Assembly: GCA_951406725.2 (NCBI GenBank)
Contig: OX597814.1
Location: forward strand, 217,434,001-217,498,000
Source: Octopus vulgaris
Taxonomy: Eukaryota
Reading direction: 5' to 3'
Length of the DNA stretch: 64,000 bases
Shown here: in pieces, positions 12,347-25,099 of the stretch
Position numbering within the stretch: the first letter of the stretch is position 1
Layout of the letters: every line of letters starts with the position of its first letter
Program-made: the position numbers and the translations under genes
The notes under the pieces: generated by a model
The model's input: only the letters and a program-made list of their open reading frames with translations
What the model was told of the DNA's origin: nothing
Databases searched by the model: none

Positions 12347-12862
12347 TATAGTGAATTTCAATAAACCTATATTCGATTGGAAACATAAATACTCGTCTCG
12401 TTGACTTTAACTTCTAAACAATAGCTTAGTGGTGGAAATACGACCATCAAACTACCTACTTCATTCACATGTAATATATTTTAAAGTATGATGTACACTT
12501 GAAGTGGACAACATACATTAAAATGTTTTAGTAAGCACACTTGATCTACATAACAGTTAATCTCCAGTTTTCTTCAAGCTCTAGGTGACTTTCAAACCGC
12601 CTACACTAATCTTCCTTGAGTAATTCTCATCTACTTTCACCCAATATAATTTCTGGATTGCATTAGATTAAATCAACACTGTACTTCTGGTATTTATTTT
12701 ACTTATCTAGGTGCAAGCCTTGGCCGACTAAAGACTTGTAAGTGAATTTGGTACAGGGAAACTCGTATACATACATACATACATACATACATACATACAT
12801 ACATACATACATACATACATACATACATACATACATACATACATACATACATACATACATAG

Positions 12863-13650
12863 GTAATACACTGCCTAAATACCAATCTTAAGAAATTAGG
12901 CTTCTCAAAACCAGAAAGGAGAAAGCTAATTCGAAAACTACAGATCCAATCCATCACCGGAGCTGTAAAAATCTGTAAAACTTTCCAGAAGTTTATCATT
13001 TAAATATATATGAGCATGTCTAGATATGGAAACTATATGCATGATAATACATACATAAAAGATACAGATCTGCACATACATACATACATACATACATACA
13101 TACATACATACATACATACATACATACATACATACATACATACATACATACATACATACATACATACATACATACATACATACATACATACAAACATACA
13201 TACATACAAACATACATACATACATACATACAAACATACATACATACATACATACATACATACATACATACATACATACATACATACATACATACATACA
13301 AACATACATACATACATACATACATACATACATACATACATACATACATACAAACATACATACATACATACATACATACATACATACATACATACAAACA
13401 TACATACATACATACATACATACATACATACATACATACATACATACATACATACATACATACATACATACAAACATACATACATACATACATACATACA
13501 TACATACATACATACATGCATACATACATACATACCCTGTTGTTGATGTTGAAATTCCAGTGAAGGAGACTTGGATCTTGGTTAGAAAACGGTTCTTTCT
13601 CTATTGGCAAGAAATATTGAAAAATATTGAAATAAACTGAATAATAACAT
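12863..13650 (+). mobile_element. 3' end of a probable RLE-type (R4-like) retrotransposon in (CATA)n
   Basis: Open frame 12863-13003 VIHCLNTNLKKLGFSKPERRKLIRKLQIQSITGAVKICKTFQKFII*; the putative UTR contains a long (CATA)n; CATA repeats on both flanks. Confidence 0.6.
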
Positions 13651-13714
13651 ACATAGATGATGATTGCTTCATTTTGTCAGATGATAATGGAAGCTTCCTC
13701 TACGCATGGGAAAT

Positions 13715-13870
13715 CTCTTTAACTCATAGATGGGACCCTGACAGGTACCATCATTCCCGGTCAGAACGGACCTGGGAGTAATTAAGGGTGACTCTATGTT
13801 CCCCCACAACTCCAGAACTCCCGAACTGGAACTTCACCATTGGATGCAGTTTAATGTCATTCCTAATACA
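13715..13870 (+). mobile_element. Unclassified interspersed repeat fragment
   Basis: GATGGGACCCTGACAGGTAC..GGACCTGGGAGTAAT..CTCCAGAACT resembles an octopus repeat from memory; not verified. Confidence 0.4.
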
Positions 13871-13876
13871 AAATAA

Positions 13877-14033
<157 letters not shown>

Positions 14034-14546
14034 TTTGCACTTGTTTGTTTTGATATCGTGTGATATCGTCGTATCCACAGGTCTTAGAGGCTCCAGAAGG
14101 ATACGACCTCCCAACCACCAGTTTACTACCCCTCTTTCAAGTTTTGTCTGCTTTTATGAAAAGAATATAGAAAATCCATAACCGAACCGAATAGCGCTAC
14201 ATACTCTTATGAGTGTGCAGTTACATTAAAGGAGTGCTTGCTATGTAGTGTGTTTCGTATTCTAAATTCATGATTTATTAGATTTAAAATGTCAAAGCAA
14301 AACATTTCTTTCGTGCGTCGTATGTGTAAATATAAATATTCCTTGGTATGTGGACATCGTTTCCATGTGAAATATATACCAGGTCTATAAATAACACATT
14401 CGCATATTATTTACAACTGGTGATGATTATTTTAATTGAAGAATAGGTAAACATAGATTCGGGTTTACGAATTCTCACCGAGCCCCGCTCCTCTCTCTCT
14501 CTCTCCTTCTCACTCTTTTATATATGTATATGTGAGTGTGTGTGTG

Positions 14547-14727
14547 TTTCAAATTTAGGCACAAGGCCAGCAAGTTCGGGGAAGGGGCTAAGTCGATTAT
14601 ATCGACTCTAGTACTCAGCTGATGCTTATTTTGTCAACTCCGAAAGGATGAAATGGAAAGTCGACCTCGGCGGAATTTGAACGCATAGACGAACGAAATG
14701 CGCTAAGCATTTTGACCGGCGTGCTAA

Positions 14728-14730
<3 letters not shown>
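14547..14730 (-). mobile_element. SINE family D (degenerate)
   Basis: Reverse complement of the GTCGACTTT..CATCCTTTCGG core. Other degenerate copies at about 23402-23565, 33710-33895, 33910-34115, 35855-36003, 38330-38580, 39001-39185, 39985-40175, 46606-46822 and 62575-62767. Confidence 0.8.
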
Positions 14731-14800
<70 letters not shown>

Positions 14801-15573
14801 TATAATCAAAATAAGCAACAAGAATGACTCCGGTAATTTGGTACGATCGTTTCGTACTACATCATATTATTAAATGTTGTAAGTATTACAACAGTTTTAA
14901 AATGCTGAGCAGGTGAGGGTGGGGAGCAGAAATTTACTATGGTCGCGATTAAAGAGTTAGGAAAAGTACCGTTACAGCTTACATGTTAGTGAACATTCAT
15001 CATAGGCCGATATTATGAAGATTTTCATTGATACTATTATTGTCTTTTATACATACATTTTGTACTTATTACGACTTCCTTACTTATTAACACGATTCGG
15101 CTTTTAAAATGTGCATATTTTCAAGCCATAAACAATACGAGTTAGAATTCGGACTCTATATTGATTAGTTTGGAGTAATAGTCGTTTATTACTATTATTA
15201 TTATTTTTTACCTAACATCTCATTAGTACATCTAAAAGACATAGAAAACACTGTCGACTCTTTGTCTTCAAAACAGTGAAAAGAGAAAAACTCCAATATA
15301 TTCTCGTTACGTCTCGTTCAAGTCAAGTATTTTTACTGTGAATCTAATAATCTGATTGTGCCTCGAACAAGTCTTTGAAACTTATACTTGTCAATAACGC
15401 ACTCATTCCTTTAGAAATGAAAGCAAGGGAAAAAGTAAAAAGGAAGGCAAAAACAGGATAAAGGGAGGAACTGACATAAAAGAGATTGGCATAAAAGAAA
15501 ACTTCTTTTAAATTGAGTAAAGGCAAGAATTCGCAGGTAAAAAATTTGGTGACGAGTAAAGTGGAAACAAATA

Positions 15574-15808
<235 letters not shown>

Positions 15809-16239
15809 GGAAGGTAAGTTTGTATGATGCTAGATAGGTAAATAGGTAGGCAAGTCGATAGGTAGTTAAATAGGTAAACAAGTAGGTAAGTAGGTTAAGC
15901 AGATTGTGTTTAAGGCTAGGGTTAGGGTTAAAGGAATAGAAATGACAAAAGGTGGGCAGAAGGTAGATAAAAAGGAATGGAAGAGGATAAAGACGTGAGA
16001 AAGTCAGTGTTGAATGGTAAGAGGTGGCTTGAGGAAAACAATGGACAATGTACATAGAAGAGAAATGAAGCAAAATGGTATAATAGAAAGAATCCTGCTG
16101 TGAATGAAATTGTTTTCATTGGCAATGTTGAAATATTTGTTCGGAAACAAAGTGGTTTTTGTTACCAAGACATTTGAAAAGGTGAGTTCGCAAGCAGTAA
16201 ACGAGAAGTCGCAATAAATATATTTCAGAATTTAATATT

Positions 16240-16684
16240 CTTTTCTACTTAATTTATCGACACTAGTCGATAAATTAAGTACCAGCTGTGTACTGGAGTC
16301 GATCTAATCGACTGGCCTCTCCCCCAAAATTTCGGGCCTTGTGCCTAGAGTAGAAAAGAATATTAAATTCTGAAATATATTTACTAACGGATGAAAGGCA
16401 AAGTCGACTTCCGTGCAATTTGAACTCAGAACGTAAAGACAGACGAAATACCGATTTCTTTACTACCCACAAGGGGCTAAACACAGAGAGGACAAACAAG
16501 GACAGACAAACGGATTGAGTCGATTATATCGACCTCAGTGCGTAACTGGTATTTATTTAATCGACCCCGAAAGGATGAAAGGCAAAGTCGACCTAGGAGT
16601 AATTTGAACTCAGAACGTAACGGCAGACGAAATACGGCTACGCATTTCGCCCGGCGTGCTAACATTTCTGCCAGCTCGCCGCCT
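16240..16684 (-). mobile_element. Composite/dimeric SINE family D with internal inversion
   Basis: 19-bp TSD TATTTCAGAATTTAATATT at 16221-16239 and 16685-16703 flanks two D monomers. Confidence 0.8.
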
Positions 16685-16866
16685 TATTTCAGAATTTAAT
16701 ATTGTTTTTCTCTCGTTACTTTGAATCGCATCAGGGTGATTTTGAATTTGCTCACTCTATGGCCAAGGAGAATTCAGATACTTAAGGATAATCTAGGGCT
16801 TACAGTGCCAACTACCACCCAATATAATTTACCATTAGACTTTGGGAAACTATCAATACTTTACAC

Positions 16867-17181
16867 CAGTTGTTCTCAACTAGGATCCATATAAGATTTA
16901 GGAGGGCGGGGGTCTATGCAACAAAATAGTAAATTGGGGATCAACAATAGTATTTTAAGAACCCCTGAAAAGAATTTGCTTTAGATGTATGTATTGGTGT
17001 GTATTGCAAGAAATAGCTAGGTTTCTTTCTCTAACATTTTACTAAGTTCAACCTACACAAGTTAATGTGTGAAAAATGAAATAGGAATTTTGAAAGAAGT
17101 TTCTTTAAAACTAATATTTAAACATCGAATGACTGGGGTCCACCAGAATAAAATAGGGATCAAAAGGGTTGAGAAGCCCTG
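16867..17181. mobile_element. hAT (Charlie-like) MITE
   Basis: TIRs CAGTTGTTCTCAAC / GTTGAGAAGCCCTG; 8-bp TSD CTTTACAC at 16859-16866 and 17182-17189. Confidence 0.88.
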
Positions 17182-17879
17182 CTTTACACTGACATACAAT
17201 TCAAAACATTCTGTGGGAATATTTCCACTATGGTATATTACTGGTACATCTGCTATTAATGTCGAATGTATGAAAAATATAAAGAGGGTCCGATCTCAGA
17301 ACATGAAGACACGTTACTGAAAATCAACAACCAAAGGGTTTTGCGTGGTCGTTCGACCAGCTAGAAATAACAACCAAAAGACACACTGGACTGTGTAACC
17401 CTTGATACTATATACTATAAAATAAGATGTGATGGTCAAGGGTGAAACGTATTTTTTAAGGGTCCCATTTTATCAGGGTTGATTCAGGTACGAGCTAAAC
17501 AGCAGCAACCAACTAACTAAATACTGTAAGTCTGATTCTAATCAGGATCTGCCCCATCCATCACATTTAGTCAAAATACCAACATTGCCAAGTAGGACTG
17601 GCTGAAGTACCCGCAGCAACTCGGATAATTACTTGGGGAGTCACGTGCTAGGGGACGACATGTCTTGACTTAGGGATTTACCAAATATTAAAAAAGAAAA
17701 CATGCAAAAATTATAAGTAAATTAAGATGAAAACAAAATGCATAAGTTCCTTGAGTGAATTAAAAATGATTTTCAAATATTACATGGCTGAGTATGGGGC
17801 TGCGAAGGATGGGTAAAGATGTTATATGGATGATTAAAGATTTGAAGGATTAAAGGATCATCTCCATCTCTCTTTCTTC

Positions 17880-19040
17880 GCTGTGGTAAGAAGTTTGCTT
17901 CATAGACCACATGGTTACGGGTTCGGACCCACTGTGTGGTATTTTGGGCTGTTTGGCAGCTGGAAACTGAAAGAAGCCCGTCGCATATAAAGTGTGCATA
18001 GGCAGAGGCTGTGGGGCAAGAAGCTTGCTTCCCAACCTCATGGTCCCTGGTTCAGTCCGTGACACCTTGGTCGAGTGTCTTCTACTATAGCCACGGGATC
18101 CCACCCACGAGCCGACCAAAGCCTTGTGATTCGATTTAGTAGACGGAAACTGAAAGAAGCTCGTTGTATGTGCGTGTGTGCATGTGATTTTGTGTGAGTG
18201 TGTCTTTGTGTCTGTGTTTGTTCCCCCACTATCGCTTAACAACCGGTGTTGGTGTATTTATGTCCCCGTAACTTAGCGGTTCGGCAAAAAAAAAATCGGT
18301 AGAATAAGTATCAAGCTTTAAAAAATAAGTACTGATTCATTCGACTAAAAATTCTCCAAGGTGGTGCTGCAGCATGGCCGCAGTCTAATGACTGAAACAA
18401 GTAATAGGTAGACGTGTGTGTTTGTGAACTTCCCACGCAGCTTGACAACCGCTGCTGGTTTATTTACATCCCATTAACGGTTCGGCAAAAAGAGAGATAA
18501 AACAAGTACCAAACTAAACTAAAATATAAATACTGGAGTGGATTTGCTCGACTAAACTCTTCAAGGCAGTGCTGCAGCATGGCCGCGATCCAATGACTGA
18601 AACAAGCAAAATATACAAAGATACAAGGCGCAGGAGTGGCTGTGTGGTAAGTAGCTTGCTAACCAACCACATGGTTCCGGGTTCAGTCCCACTGCGTGGC
18701 ATCTTGGGCAAGTGTCTTCTGCTATAGCCCCGGGCTGACCAATGCCTTGTGAGTGGATTTGGTAGACGGAAACTGAAAGAAGCCTGTCGTATATATGTAT
18801 ATATAAGTGTGTGTGTATATGTTTGTGTGTCTGTGTTTGTCCCCCTAGCATTGCTTGACAACCGATGCTGGTGTGTTTACGTCCCCGTCACTTAGCGGTT
18901 CGGCAAAAAGAGACCGATAGAATAAGTACTGGGCTTACAAAGAATAAGTCCCGGGGTCGATTTGCTCGACTAAAGGCGGTGCCCCAGCATGGCCGCAGTT
19001 AAATGACTGAAACAAGTAAAAGAGTAAAAGAGAGAGAGAG
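17880..19040 (+). mobile_element. Cluster of about 4 head-to-tail SINE family A copies; youngest at 18627-19040
   Basis: Repeated GGAAACTGAAAGAAGC and GCATGGCCGC..ATGACTGAAACAAG blocks. Confidence 0.88.
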
Positions 19041-19798
19041 TATAGGACGTTAAAATAGTGGTTTAACTATTATTGTTGCTTTATTATTCGTCCTACCATC
19101 CGATTTCAGTTGCTAATATCCTCTGTTTGTTTCCCATCAGCTTCACCCACAAATCTGTCCTCATTTCCAAATTCAGCACAGTCGCACCTTTGTATTCATG
19201 TCACTTCACATCCCTCTCATACCCGCACACCTAGCTGGCTATCTGCTTCCCCAGTCTTTAATACAGCAGTCTCCATTCTGCCCTAACAAGCCTCTTTAAA
19301 CATCCTCTCTCTCTCCGCTTCAGTAATTAAACTCACCCCCTCACTGCCACTCCGACAACAGCAACTACCTTGTGTCCTTGCGTTGAGGAAAAGTAATTTT
19401 CTTTTGCTTAAGTTTATTTCTTGTTTCTCATTTATTTTTAATTTTCACTTTCTGCTTTAATTACTGTTTTGCGTCAATAATTAGCAGCTTCACTAACTGG
19501 TTCTTGAGCCTAAACTAACCTACATTATATCTAACAGAAATGAAAAACAATACAACAAAAGGTTTCTTAGTTGTTTGTAGTCAGTAATAGGCAGTTTTGT
19601 CTTCTCAAACCCGGTATTCGAATGAATCTTACCAACAAGTGGAGACACGATGATTTGGGGAGACACGTCCCATATAATAGTCTCAAAATTTCTGACAACG
19701 AATATATGCATATAGATATGAATACATATACGCATGAATACAAACATACACGCATACACAAACACGTGCAGATGTATGTGTGTGTGTGTGTGTGTGTA

Positions 19799-19862
<64 letters not shown>

Positions 19863-19949
19863 ATATATATATATATATATATGCATATATATATATATAT
19901 ATATATATATCCAAAATTTCTTCACATAGCTCGATTAACAATTTACTAT

Positions 19950-20352
19950 GAACTATATATGGTCAAACACATATTCTGTAAGTTCAATACCTCTCATCGG
20001 ATCTCCAGGAATCAAACTTTTTTCAATACGATTAAACTCACACCCTCATTTTTATCTTCACTTTCTGGAAAACTAAGATGTTTTGAAAAAACTTTTTAAT
20101 AACCTGATATATGACTGTGTAATACTAATTGGACTCTTAGAAACCAATATGTTATCTAAATTCTCATTTTTGAATTTTCCATGATGTTTCATAAGTGTAA
20201 CATTACCCCCTTTGATGTTTGGGAATCTCGGATGTTTTTTCGGCTGATGAGTACGAGCCACCTATATTTACTGCAATTTTTGTAGCTTTATTAAAGATGT
20301 CCTCGTACGAAACAATTGTACCGATATATTGACCCATTCTTGTTGCTTTTTT

Positions 20353-20355
<3 letters not shown>
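19950..20355 (+). mobile_element. Penelope-like element 3' end/pLTR fragment between (TA)n tracts
   Basis: Carries a minimal hammerhead; possible frameshifted YIGQT (GIY-YIG) relic at 19953-19969; the 3' end CATTCTTGTTGCTT is shared with a - strand fragment at about 14800-14860. Confidence 0.6.
20240..20324 (+). ncRNA. Minimal type I hammerhead ribozyme
   Basis: Stem I TCGG/CCGA, core CTGATGA (20244-20250), stem II GTACGAG/CTCGTAC, GAAA (20309-20312), stem III C-AATT-G, cleavage triplet GTA. Confidence 0.8.
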
Positions 20356-20415
<60 letters not shown>

Positions 20416-20416
20416 G

Positions 20417-20460
<44 letters not shown>

Positions 20461-20478
20461 GTGTGTGTGTATATATAT

Positions 20479-20990
20479 AATGGCGCGTGAAGTGGGATTT
20501 CAAGAAAGTGATAGTGGCTAATCCCAAGATTTATTGGATGATGAGAGCGAGTGACTCAGAGACTCACTTATGAAAACCTTAAGGAAGTAAGTTCGATAAA
20601 TTAAGTACTAGACTGAAATAAGTCATGAGGTTGTTATGATTGTTTAAACCGGTATCCTTCCATGGTCATAGTCCAAAGATTGACACCAGTACACACACAC
20701 ATTATATATATATATATATATATATATGCATGTATGTATGTATATATATATATATATATATATATAATGTGTGTGTGTACTGGTGTCAATCTTTGGACTA
20801 TGACCATGGAAGGATACCGGTTTAAACAATCATAACAACCTCATGACTTATTTCAGTCTAGTACTTAATTTATCGAACTTACTTCCTTAAGGTTTTCATA
20901 AGTGAGTCTCTGAGTCACTCACTCTCATCATCCAATAAATCTTGGGATTAGCCACTATCACTTTCTTGAAATCCCACTTCACGCGCCATT
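20479..20990. repeat. 512-bp palindrome (249-bp arms, 14-nt spacer)
   Basis: 20479-20727 is the reverse complement of 20742-20990; one mismatch seen (20548/20921). Confidence 0.97.
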
Positions 20991-21800
20991 TATACAAAAC
21001 TATTGCGAGTCGAAATTGTTTCATCTTCTCCTCTATGAGCTTTTCTGACTGCATTTAGGCAAAATTTCCTCCTAATCCCAATGAGGCTCCTTTAACATTT
21101 TTATTGCTTTTTTTTTGAGATTATTCCATAATTCTGTGCGAACTGATGTTTATCATCTGTTGCTACAATTAATGTCCTTAAAACGGAAATAATTCATTGA
21201 TGTTGTTGTCTGCTGTAGTAGTGAAGTAATGCATAGAGTGAGTGAAAACGATTACAATAGGTTCGGACGTTTTAGAGAATAGAGATTTGAAGGTTGATCA
21301 GGAACGCCGCCTGACCTCGCTTTAGTATTTGACAGCAGGACAGAAACATTCGACAAACGATTCCGCATAGAAATCCCGTGTAATCCAAGCTTTTCTTCAG
21401 GTTTACTTATAACAAGGAGACTAAATTTGGAGACGCCTTTCATTGCTCTGAAAGTGTCAGAATGATAAACCAACAACGGCTTAGGTTTCAAGCCTCCAGT
21501 GACATTTGCTTGAAGCAACAATGGAAGGCGATCTTTTTCTTGCTTTATTTCGTGATGTCTTCTGTTCCTCCTTCGAGGTGAAAATTTTAGAAGATAAACA
21601 TTTCCAAAATAGCTCACATTCATTTATATTAATGCATACTTGGATTAGGTTAATACCTCTTTCCTTTAGATTGTACTGGAAATTCCGATGTCACCTTGAT
21701 GTTAATACTGATTCCTCTGTAATTTCAATACTTGAGAAGTTAGATCGTTTGTTAACCGTTTCAATCAATCTACGATGGGCAACAAACGTTTAAATGAATT
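20890..21800 (-). pseudogene. pogo/Tigger transposase remnant
   Basis: KDRLPLLLQANVTGGLKPKPLLVYHSDTFRAMKGVSK matches the pogo DDD domain pattern; C-terminal [18 protein letters not shown]; many stops and frameshifts. Confidence 0.85.
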
Positions 21801-21990
21801 TGTTTTGTATTTTTAACTGATTGAATTAATTTAACACCTGTTGCTGATTAAGGAGTTATGAAAGTGACACAACATCCACACAAACACTTAACATTTTCTT
21901 CATATTTACCAGAATTTTACTGTGCATAAATGTCAGTTTAGAAGCGTAACCTTTACTTGAGTTTTGCAAGGTAACATATTTCGTTAGATG

Positions 21991-22741
21991 GGGCCCAGTT
22001 AGAATTTTCTTCTGGTCGAGTAGCCCATCCCGCTCAAAAGGTCCCTGAATAAGGATTGTTTAAGGATGTTGAACGAAACACCCATGTTTCCAAAGGTGAA
22101 TTATCTAAACCTCCAAGAATTCTTTTCAACACTCGGCGATGATGTTCCCCCACTACTTCTACTCATGATCAGAGATGCACATATCGTCAGCCACTAAGAG
22201 ACATGCTCAACTGGTTAAGGTCAAACAACTGACAAGCAAATCTGTGGTATTGGGCAGAATATTTGCTGTAGCCCATCTTTTATACCAAGACAAAACAATG
22301 GACATGATAACACTTCCAATCAGTTAAGATCAGATGCCATGAGAGCCACTGCCTGGTACTGCATCAGGGCATTTATTATTATTATTATTATTATTATTGA
22401 GTGAGCGAGCAGAGCATGCCATCAAAGTGACACTGGGGTAAAATATACGAAGCCCAGTATACCCATCATGACTACCCGTCTGATAAGGGTACACCAGGCA
22501 CATGCATCACAACCATATGTGCGCGACATGGTGATCTCATATCAAGATAAACAGCACATGACCTTGCAGGTGGAGCCCAGTTAGAATTTTCTTCAGATCG
22601 AGTAACCCATCCCGCTCAAAAGGTCCCTGAATAAGGGTTGTTTAAGGACATTGAACGAAACACCCATGTTTCCAGAGGTGAATTATTCAAACCCCAAAGA
22701 ATCCTATTCAACACACGGCTATGATGCTCCCCCACTACTTC

Positions 22742-22743
<2 letters not shown>
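21991..22743. mobile_element. Two adjacent partial copies of an unclassified ~555-bp element bounded by (ATT)n
   Basis: 21991-22162 is repeated at 22573-22743; (ATT)n at 22373-22398 and 22743-22838. Confidence 0.65.
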
Positions 22744-22838
<95 letters not shown>

Positions 22839-23340
22839 GCCTCTGCACAGCTTGTAACGCTGGAGGTGTACTAAGGTGTCAGCTGTTCACTACCAGTGAA
22901 CTAAGGTAACACCTCTTATTTTTCGAGCACCTTCCGGAGTATTCGAGTCATTCCTAACAGTGCTGTTTTCTGCAAGTGCTCCACCCTTATTGCAGCCCCT
23001 ATTTGTTCCACGTACTTCTCGAGATTTTTGCTCACTGTCCCCAGGCCTCCGACAATTTACGGTACTACTGCTCCCTTTTTTCATCGACCACAACTGCTTA
23101 ACTTCCCAAGCTAACCTGTCATATCTCTCGACTTTTCTTTCTTCCTTATCGCATACCTTGTTGTCAGCTGAGAATGCTATATATATGATCCAGTATAGTT
23201 TGTTTTCTTTCTCAATTAAGACTATGTCTGGCTTCCTATTTTCTATCTCATGGTCGCACTGATTGTTTTGCTGAGTGTGAAAACTGTCAGCTGTCCACAA
23301 CCAGCAGACTAAGGTGACACTTGTTCACTGGTCATACTTC
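22839..23340 (-). mobile_element. R4/Dong-type retrotransposon 3' fragment (RLE domain plus 3' UTR) in (TAA)n
   Basis: DHEIENRKPDIVLIEK..DKEERKVERYDRLAWEVKQLW, then a frameshift to IVGGLGTVSKNLEKY..LQKTALLG..ILRKVL; flanked by TAA repeats, the known Dong target. Confidence 0.9.
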
Positions 23341-23362
23341 AATAATAATAATAATAATAATA

Positions 23363-23401
<39 letters not shown>

Positions 23402-23570
23402 GACGAGCGAAATGCTTAGCGACATTTCGTCCGTCCTTACGTTCTGAGTTCAACTTCTGCCGAGGCTGACTTTCCCTTTCATGCTTTCGGGGTCGATGAA
23501 TTAAGTACCAGTGAAACACTGGGCTCGATATCATCGACTAGTCCCCTCCCCAAAAAATTTCTGGTCTCTT

Positions 23571-24850
23571 TATTTACATATATACCAAACTATCTTCAAC
23601 ATTATTTTTTGTTTATCAATGGTAAAAATTTAGAATTATGAATTAGAAAAGCATCTTTAAAAATTTCAATGTTGACAAATTAGAATGTTCATAACAGACA
23701 AATTTAGAATTATGAATCAGAAAAACATGTTCAAAAATTTCGATGTTGACAAGTTTGAATGTTCACAACAGTCAATAATATTAAAACAACTGTGCATCAA
23801 TTTGTTTGAATGTACAAAGCTAATTAGTGTTAGAAGGGATCGACAAGAAATGAATATCATCAAAGTTTCAGTCATACTGAGTTAAATGAAAAAGAAAGGT
23901 GGAGAAATGAAGATAGTAAAAAAAAAGGGATTTGGTTTACAGTTTAAAACAAATACAAGTCGAAAAGAATGGGAAATCATTAATAATCGCAAGGAGGATG
24001 ACAACATAATTATAAAAGAAGCTGATAAAGGGACTGCTGTAGTAATCATGGACTCAGAAAATTACATAAACACTACCAAAATCCTACTTCAAAACAATAT
24101 TTACTACGAAAAAAATCAACAACTACAATCAATCCAAGATAACGACCAAACTTTCTACTCTTATCCAACAAAGTTTAATGGGAAAGGAGAGAGATTAAAA
24201 TCGAACTTCAGCAAATACAAGAAAATGAGCCCTAAAGAGAATCAACCAACCGGAACGACTGATGACCGTTCCCAACAGGGAAGCCAGCCAAGCAGAATGA
24301 CAAACTTGACCACCGGAAAAACAAGACGTCACCAGTACTTTAACGAATCAAAAATCAGATCCGTTCGGAGAAAAATTATAAACACACCGAATTCCAAGAC
24401 ACACCGCTATAAGCGAAAGTTCCTACACACGACGGAAAGAGGATCAGAGAAATTGTAAAACAAGTCCCTTCTCTTTTTACTATCTTCCTTTCTCCCTTGC
24501 TTTTTCCCCCTCTTAACTCATTATGACTGAAACTTTGATGATATTCATTTCTTGTCGAGCACTTCTAACACTGAGGAGCTTTGTACATTCAAGCAGATTG
24601 ATGCACAGTTTCAATATTATTGACTATTTTAAGCATCTAAACTTGTCAACATCGAAAGTTTTGAATAAGTTTTTCTAATTCATAATTCTAAATTTGTGTA
24701 TTATGAACATTTTAATTCATAATTCTGAATTTTTACCATTGATAAACAAAAAATAATGTTGAAACTAGTTTGGTATATATGTAAATAAATTTATTTTAAA
24801 CAATTACAAGTTTTTCAAATTTAGATGCATTTTCAACAACAAATTTGCCC
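23571..24850 (+). mobile_element. Penelope-like element remnant with inverted terminal repeats
   Basis: DDNIIIKEADKGTAVVIMD is the PLE RT N-terminal DKG motif (ORF 23886-24458); 23571-23885 is an imperfect inverted copy of 24513-24788. Confidence 0.85.
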
Positions 24851-24904
<54 letters not shown>

Positions 24905-24952
24905 ATATATATAGGTATATATATATGTTTATATATGTATGTATATATATTC

Positions 24953-25008
<56 letters not shown>

Positions 25009-25045
25009 ATATATATAGGTATATATATATGTTTATATATGTATG

Positions 25046-25085
<40 letters not shown>

Positions 25086-25099
25086 CATGTATGTATATT

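Noticed and set aside
15917-15930. Telomeric repeat TAGGGTTAGGGTTA
   Set aside because: Only about two units within low-complexity purine-rich DNA.
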